The notes under the pieces are model-generated. The model was not told where the DNA came from and ran no database searches. It worked only from the letters and a program-made list of their open reading frames with translations. Below are positions 9,455 to 14,926 of a stretch of 14,926 nt of DNA, one piece after another (the stretch's first letter is position 1; every line of letters starts with the position of its first letter). Both the position numbers and the translations under genes were made by a program. The DNA comes from Octopus sinensis (taxonomy: Eukaryota): the NCBI RefSeq assembly GCF_006345805.1, contig NW_021825633.1, positions 1 to 14,926 on the forward strand, written 5' to 3'.

Positions 9455-9670
9455 TACATAACGGGAAGCTTTATGAAAATAAACAAAAGACGAAGGCAGG
9501 TGGAAAACAAACGAACAATTGTATTAGTATGGTGCTCAGGAAATATAAATAAAACAAGTCTTTAACGTTTCGAGCCTACGCTCTTCAACAGAAAGATACA
9601 CAGAGAGAGAAAAACACAGAAAGAAGGAGAGAAAAAAAATGCGTGCAGTAGCTAACGAATCAACATGGCG
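9455..9670 (-). mobile_element. Probable Penelope-like element terminal-repeat (pLTR) fragment
   Basis: Non-repetitive island between microsatellites, T/C-rich on the minus strand, containing a minimal hammerhead of the kind established for Penelope-like elements. No RT or GIY-YIG coding sequence seen. Boundaries approximate. Confidence 0.6.
9559..9596 (-). ncRNA. Minimal type I hammerhead ribozyme-like motif (variant core)
   Basis: Minus strand UCUUU-CUGUUGA-A-GAGC-GUAG-GCUC-GAAA-CG-UU-AAAGA: stem I UCUUU/AAAGA, stem II GAGC/GCUC, GAAA box, loopless palindromic stem III (ACGU). Confidence 0.7.
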
Positions 9671-9778
9671 ATACATGCGTATACATACACATTCATGCAT
9701 GCCTGCATACATACACACACACATACACACATACATACATACATACATACACACATACATACACACATACACACACAC
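9671..9778. repeat. (TACA)n/(CA)n microsatellite
   Basis: Direct reading. Confidence 0.92.
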
Positions 9779-10065
9779 TACACGTATGTAATTGTGTTAA
9801 AGTAATTACGCTGAACAGAGTTATATATTAGCTTTCGTTATATTAAGTTAGTGAGTGCTTATACAAGAGTAAATACACACACACACACTCACAAGTTTGT
9901 GTGTGTATTAAATACGTACTTCTGCATATACGGAGATGCGTATTCGCCGGTGCGAGAGTACATGCGTGTGTGCGTGTGCGTACTTTAATTAACATTCGGT
10001 TAGTTAATAAACATGAATTTAGCCTCGCCCTACAATTTGATGCCAAGTCAAAAATACAGGGCTGT

Positions 10066-11085
10066 GGTGTGTGCGTGTATGTGTGTGTATGTGTGTGTGT
10101 TTGTGTGTGCGTGTGTTTGTGTACCTATGAGTGTATATGTGTGTGTGTTTGTGAGTGTGTGTGTGTTTGTGTGTGTATGAGTGTATGTGTGTGCGTTGTG
10201 TGTGTATCTGTGTTTGTGTGTGTTTGTATATGTGTGTGTTTGTGTGCCTGCTTGTGTGTGTGTGTGTATGTGCTTCTGTTTGTGTGCGTTGTGTGTGTAT
10301 TTGTGTATGTGTGTGTATGAATTTTCAGGTATGTATGTGTGTGTGTGTGTTTGTGAGTGTGTGTGTTTGTGTGTCTATGAGTGTATGTGTGTGCTTGTGA
10401 GTGTGTGTGTGTGTGTGTGTATGTGTGTGCTTGTGAGTGTGTGTGTATGTGTGTGTTTGTATTTGTGTGAGTTTGTATGTGTGTGTGTTTGTGTGCGTTG
10501 TGTGTGTATCTGTGTATGTGTGTGTATGAATTTTCAGGTATGTATGTGTGTGCGTGTTTGTGCGCATGTGTCTCTATGTGTGTGTATGTATGAATTCGCA
10601 GGTATGTATGCGTTTGCGTGCTTGTGTTTCAGTGTATGTGTGCGTGCATGTGTGTGTGTGTGTGTGACTGTGTCTGTGTGTTTTAGTGTGCTTGTGTCTC
10701 TATGCATGTGTGTATGTGTTTGTGTACTTGTGTATGTGTATATGTGTGTGCTAGTGTATTTGTGTATGTGTGTGATTTTGCTAGTATGTCCCTGTGTGTG
10801 TGTAATAGTGTGTATGTGTGTGAGAAAGAGTTTGCAGATGTCTCTACATGTGTGTGTGTTTGTGTGCGTGTGTGTATGCTTGTGTGTGTGTGTGTATTTG
10901 TGTATGTTCGTATGTGTGAGTTTCTGTGTGTGTGAATGTGTGCTTGTGTCTGTGTGTGCACAGGTGTATATTCGTGTATGTGTGCATGTGTTTGTATGTG
11001 GGTTTGTATTTGTGTGTGTATGTTCGTGTGTGTGTGCGCGTGTGTGAATCTGTGTGTATGTGTGTGTGTGTTCGTGTGGGTGTGA
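10066..11085. repeat. ~1-kb degenerate (TG)n tract with higher-order repeats
   Basis: Direct reading. Recurrent landmarks gtgcgttgtg, tatgagtgtatg and tgaattttcaggtatgt. Confidence 0.95.
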
Positions 11086-11195
11086 GAGGGAGGGAGGGAG
11101 AGGAGGGGTGTATGTAAATCGATATTGATTTATTCGACACTAATTTCACAAATTTGTGGTGCTTCTCACTTGCATCTACAGCAAGAACAACAACA

Positions 11196-11196
11196 C

Positions 11197-11232
<36 letters not shown>

Positions 11233-11269
11233 TCACCACCACCACCACCACCACCACCACCACTACTAC

Positions 11270-11302
<33 letters not shown>

Positions 11303-11737
11303 ACCACCACCACCACCACCACCACCACCACCACCACCACCTCTGCTGCTGCGACTGCTACTGGTGTTTGTGATGGTGGTGGTAACGATCATGATGATGA
11401 TGGTGATGATGATAGTGGTGCTGCTGCTGATGATGATGATTTTTCTGATGCTAATGATGATGATGATGATAAAGATGATTGAGGTGGAAGCAGAGATGGG
11501 GAGGGCGGCAGCGTTGATGATGATGATGAGGAGGAGGAGGAGGAAGAGGAAGAAGGGGAGGAGGTGGTGGTGGTAGGAGATAAAGATGATGATGACGATA
11601 TTGCTGATGGCTGTGACTTATGATGATGATGACACTGGCGATAATAATGACTGAGGCGGAGATATACTTAGCGGCGGCGGCAGCGGTGACGGTGTTGGTG
11701 ATGATGATGATGGTGATGATAATGATGATGATGATGA
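11196..11737. repeat. Compound trinucleotide tract (CTA/CCA then GAT/GGT/GGA)
   Basis: Direct reading. Confidence 0.92.
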
Positions 11738-11952
11738 TGGGTTGGTGCATAATTATTGCGGCTTTTTTTCAACAAATGTTATTTAACAAAAACAATTTTA
11801 AATGACGGTCTGACCATTCTGCAAAGCAAATGGGGAGCAGTAATTGAAGTAGATGGTGATTATGCTCCGGAATAATCATTTTAGAATGCTTTTGTTACAT
11901 GTTGTTATTGATTTTGTTGGAAAAAAGTCGCAATAATTGTGCACCAACCCAA
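11738..11952 (+). mobile_element. Mariner MITE / internal-deletion derivative (Hsmar1/MADE1-like TIRs)
   Basis: ~39-bp TIRs tgggttggtgcataattattgcggctttttttcaacaaa (11738-11776) and tttgttggaaaaaagtcgcaataattgtgcaccaacccaa|TA. 11804-11875 encodes DGLTILQSKWGAVIEVDGDYAPE*, a mariner transposase C-terminus. Confidence 0.92.
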
Positions 11953-11991
11953 TATCAACAGCAACATCAAATGTTGATGATTGCCCCACGA

Positions 11992-12045
11992 AACAAAGTT
12001 GACCTCATCCGAAATCGAACTCGGAACATATAAGGATAAAATTAA
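11992..12045 (-). mobile_element. Highly degenerate SINE family 1 fragment (B-box region)
   Basis: caaagttgacctcatccgaaatcgaactcggaacatataag parallels caaattcgactctggcggcatttgaactcagaacgtaaag at 7577-7616. Confidence 0.55.
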
Positions 12046-12168
12046 ACTACAGAAATCAATGTTTTGCCGACTTTCAGTAAGAGCAATATTTTCGTTAATG
12101 CTATAGGTATTTTGGGAAGTACCCACGTTTATAACTGGTATCTACATGTCGCGGAGGGAATCGAATTT

Positions 12169-12234
12169 AAATAATAATAATAATAATAATGATAATAATA
12201 TTAATAATAATAATAATAATAAAAAAAATAAATA

Positions 12235-12301
<67 letters not shown>

Positions 12302-12304
12302 TAA
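12169..12304. repeat. (AAT)n microsatellite
   Basis: Direct reading. Confidence 0.96.
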
Positions 12305-12305
12305 C

Positions 12306-12834
12306 GCCCTGATGCAGTACCAGGCAGTGGCTCTCATGGCTTCTGATCTTAACTGATTGGAAGTGTTATCATGCACATTGTTTTGTCTTGGTATAAAAGA
12401 TGGGCTCCAGCAAATATTCCGCTCAAACCACAGTTGTTTGACCTTAACCAGTTGTGCATGTCCCTTAGTGGCTGACGATATGTGCATCTCTGACCACGAG
12501 CAGAAGTAGTTGGGGAGCATCATAGCCATGTGTCGAGAGAAATTCTTTGGGGTTTGAATAATTCGCCTATAGTAATATGGGTGTTTCGTTCAACATCCTT
12601 AAACAATCCTTATTCAGGGACCTTTTGAGCAGGATGTGTTACTCGACCAGAAGAAACTTCTAACTGGGCACCACATGCAAGGTTATGCACTGTTTATCTT
12701 GATATGAGATCACCATGTCGCGCACATATGGTTGTGATGCATGTACCTGGTGTACCCTTATCAAACGGGTAGTCATGATGGGTATACTGGGCTTCGTATA
12801 TTTTACCCCAGTGTCACTTTGATGGCATGCACTC
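12306..12834 (+). mobile_element. Element B, copy 2, inserted in (AAT)n
   Basis: gccctgatgcagtaccaggcagtggctctc...gtcactttgatggcatgcactc(aat)n; inverted homologue of 4742-5289. Confidence 0.9.
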
Positions 12835-13055
12835 AATAATAATGATAATAATAATAATAATAATAATAATAAGAAGAAGAAGAAGAAGAAGATGATGATG
12901 AAGAAGAGAAAAAAGAAGAAGAAGAAGAAGAAGAAGAAGAAGAAGAAGAAGAAGAAGAAGAAGAAGAAGAAGAAGAAGAAGAAGAAGAAGAAGAAGAAGA
13001 AGAAGAAGAAGAAGAAGAAGAAGAAGAAGAAGAAGAAGAAGAAGAAGAAGAAGAA
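12835..13055. repeat. (AAT)n followed by long (GAA)n
   Basis: Direct reading; a nearly pure (GAA)n run of ~45 units. Confidence 0.96.
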
Positions 13056-13442
13056 AAGAAAGAATGTTGTGTCTTACCTTAAATTATGCATTTATCCATG
13101 TATCGGATGATGAAAACAAATAACGACATATAAGTGTGTATATATATATTCTTAATCAATAATGATGTACCACTTAGTGGGAGGCAATCGACACGGAGTC
13201 ACAATGTGGCGAAGACAAAAAAAAAATTTTTTAGAAAGGAGAAAAGAAGGAAAAGAAAGAAAAGAGAAAGGGGAGATAATTCCCAAAATTTAGAATTAAT
13301 TTGGAGGAAATACCGTTTTCGTTGCGAGGAATGGGTTACCCAGTTCTCAGTCGTTTACAGTGAGATGTTGCTTTCTTAACGACAGCTGTTGGGATTATAA
13401 ATGCCAGCATGTTTACAATCTCCGATAGAACATTGCAAGAAC

Positions 13443-14243
13443 CATACACATACAAACATACATACATACACACATACATACATGCATACATACATGCATG
13501 CATGCATACATACATACATACATATATACATGCATACATACATACATACATACATACATACATACATACATACATACATGCATACATGCATACATACATA
13601 CATACATACATGCATACACACACACACATACATACATGCATACATACATACATACATACATACAAACATACATACATACATACATGCATACATGCATACA
13701 TACATACATACATGCATGCATGCATACATACATACATACAAACATACATACATACACACACACACACACATACATACATGCATACATGCATACATACATT
13801 CATACATACATACATACATGCATGCATGCATACATACATACAGGCATACATCATACATACATGCATGCATGCATACATACATACATACATACATACATGC
13901 ATGCATACATACATACATGCATGCATGCATACATTCATACATACATACATACATGCATGTATGCATACATACATACATACATACATGCATACATCATACA
14001 TACATGCATGCATACATACATACATACATACATGCATGCATACATACATACATACATACATGCATACATACATACATACATGCGTGCATACATACATACA
14101 TACATAAATACATACATGCATGCAATCATACATACATACATGCATACATACATACAAATGTGTATTTATGTATATAGGTGTGTATGTATGTATTTATTTA
14201 CGTATATATATATTATACATATGTATATATATTCATATATGTC

Positions 14244-14340
<97 letters not shown>
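13443..14340. repeat. (TACA)n/(TGCA)n tract followed by (TA)n-(TG)n
   Basis: Direct reading. It accounts for all long ORFs called at 13336-14460. Confidence 0.96.
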
Positions 14341-14342
<2 letters not shown>

Positions 14343-14566
14343 ATATGTATTGGTATACTGCGCTGAGAACCAGATGTTAAAAAAATATGTGGCATGCTGT
14401 CATGAAACTAATAGTCGGAAATATAATCTCATATATATTTGTGTGTGTATGTTTGTTTGAAAAGGTTAAACGAAATCGCTCACACACTAGAAAAAACTTC
14501 TTCCCCAAAAAGGCTTGTAACATCGTCATAGATATCTAAGGTTTTTTTCAAAAAATATTTAAAAAA

Positions 14567-14908
14567 AGATATCACCTGTACATTTCACAAACTATGATAA
14601 ATAATTCTCATAGACTTTTAAAAATATATGTCCCGGAGAAGCTGTGTGGTAAGTAGCTTGCTTACCAACAACATGGTTCCGGGCTCAGTCCCACCGCTTG
14701 ACATCTTGGGCAGGTGTCTTCTGCTATGGGTTGGAGCCGACCAAAACCTTGCGATTGGATTTGGTAAGCGGAAACGGAAAAGAAGCCCGTCGTATATATA
14801 TATATATATACATATATATCACGTGATTATATATATATATATATTTGTATATGTGTGTGTGTGTGTGTGTTTGTGTATCATAGTTTGTGAAATGTACAGG
14901 TGATATCT
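14567..14908. repeat. 33-bp perfect inverted repeat (arms 14567-14599 and 14876-14908)
   Basis: agatatcacctgtacatttcacaaactatgata versus tatcatagtttgtgaaatgtacaggtgatatct. Imperfect pairing continues outward to the window end. Confidence 0.95.
14635..14792 (+). mobile_element. tRNA-derived SINE family 2 (CORE-like cttgggcag segment) followed by TA/TG microsatellite
   Basis: A-box-like gctgtgtggtaag, B-box-like gggctcagtccc, then catcttgggcaggtgtcttctgctat...gccgaccaaaaccttg...ggaaac..aaagaagcccgtcg. Homologous to 373-507. Confidence 0.82.
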
Positions 14909-14926
14909 GTTTCAAAATATTTTTGA

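Noticed and set aside
10844-11805. Poly-T/P/H/M/V ORFs (also poly-Y at 4528, poly-K at 12892, poly-L at 2010 and 3585)
   Set aside because: Trinucleotide-repeat artefacts.
12306-12625. HDV-like ribozyme at the 5' end of element B (ccctga could pair with tcaggg at ~12614)
   Set aside because: Could not build P2, P3, P1.1 or the catalytic C junction in the required order.
13336-14460. Long ORFs of 200-320 aa (also 488-1035, 9901-11117, 3117-3542)
   Set aside because: Translations of TACA/TG microsatellites that lack stop codons; open in many frames on both strands, with no domain content.

Overview
AT-rich, repeat-saturated eukaryotic non-coding DNA (intronic or intergenic) with no intact protein-coding gene. 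Almost all ORFs in the track are microsatellite translations. The repeat repertoire resembles what I recall from octopus genomes (inference, not searched). Between long microsatellites lie: two tRNA-derived SINE families, including a head-to-tail triplet; three different insertions stacked in one (AAT)n tract, plus a second inverted copy of one of them; a non-autonomous Helitron; a pogo/Tigger-type MITE; a decayed APE+RT LINE ORF2 interrupted by a mariner 3' end; a mariner MITE; and a Penelope-type terminal-repeat fragment carrying a minimal hammerhead ribozyme with a non-canonical core. The most notable signals are the (AAT)n-targeted element stack, the variant hammerhead, an inverted 100-bp copy fused to a LINE tail, and a 33-bp perfect inverted repeat bracketing a SINE at the window end.
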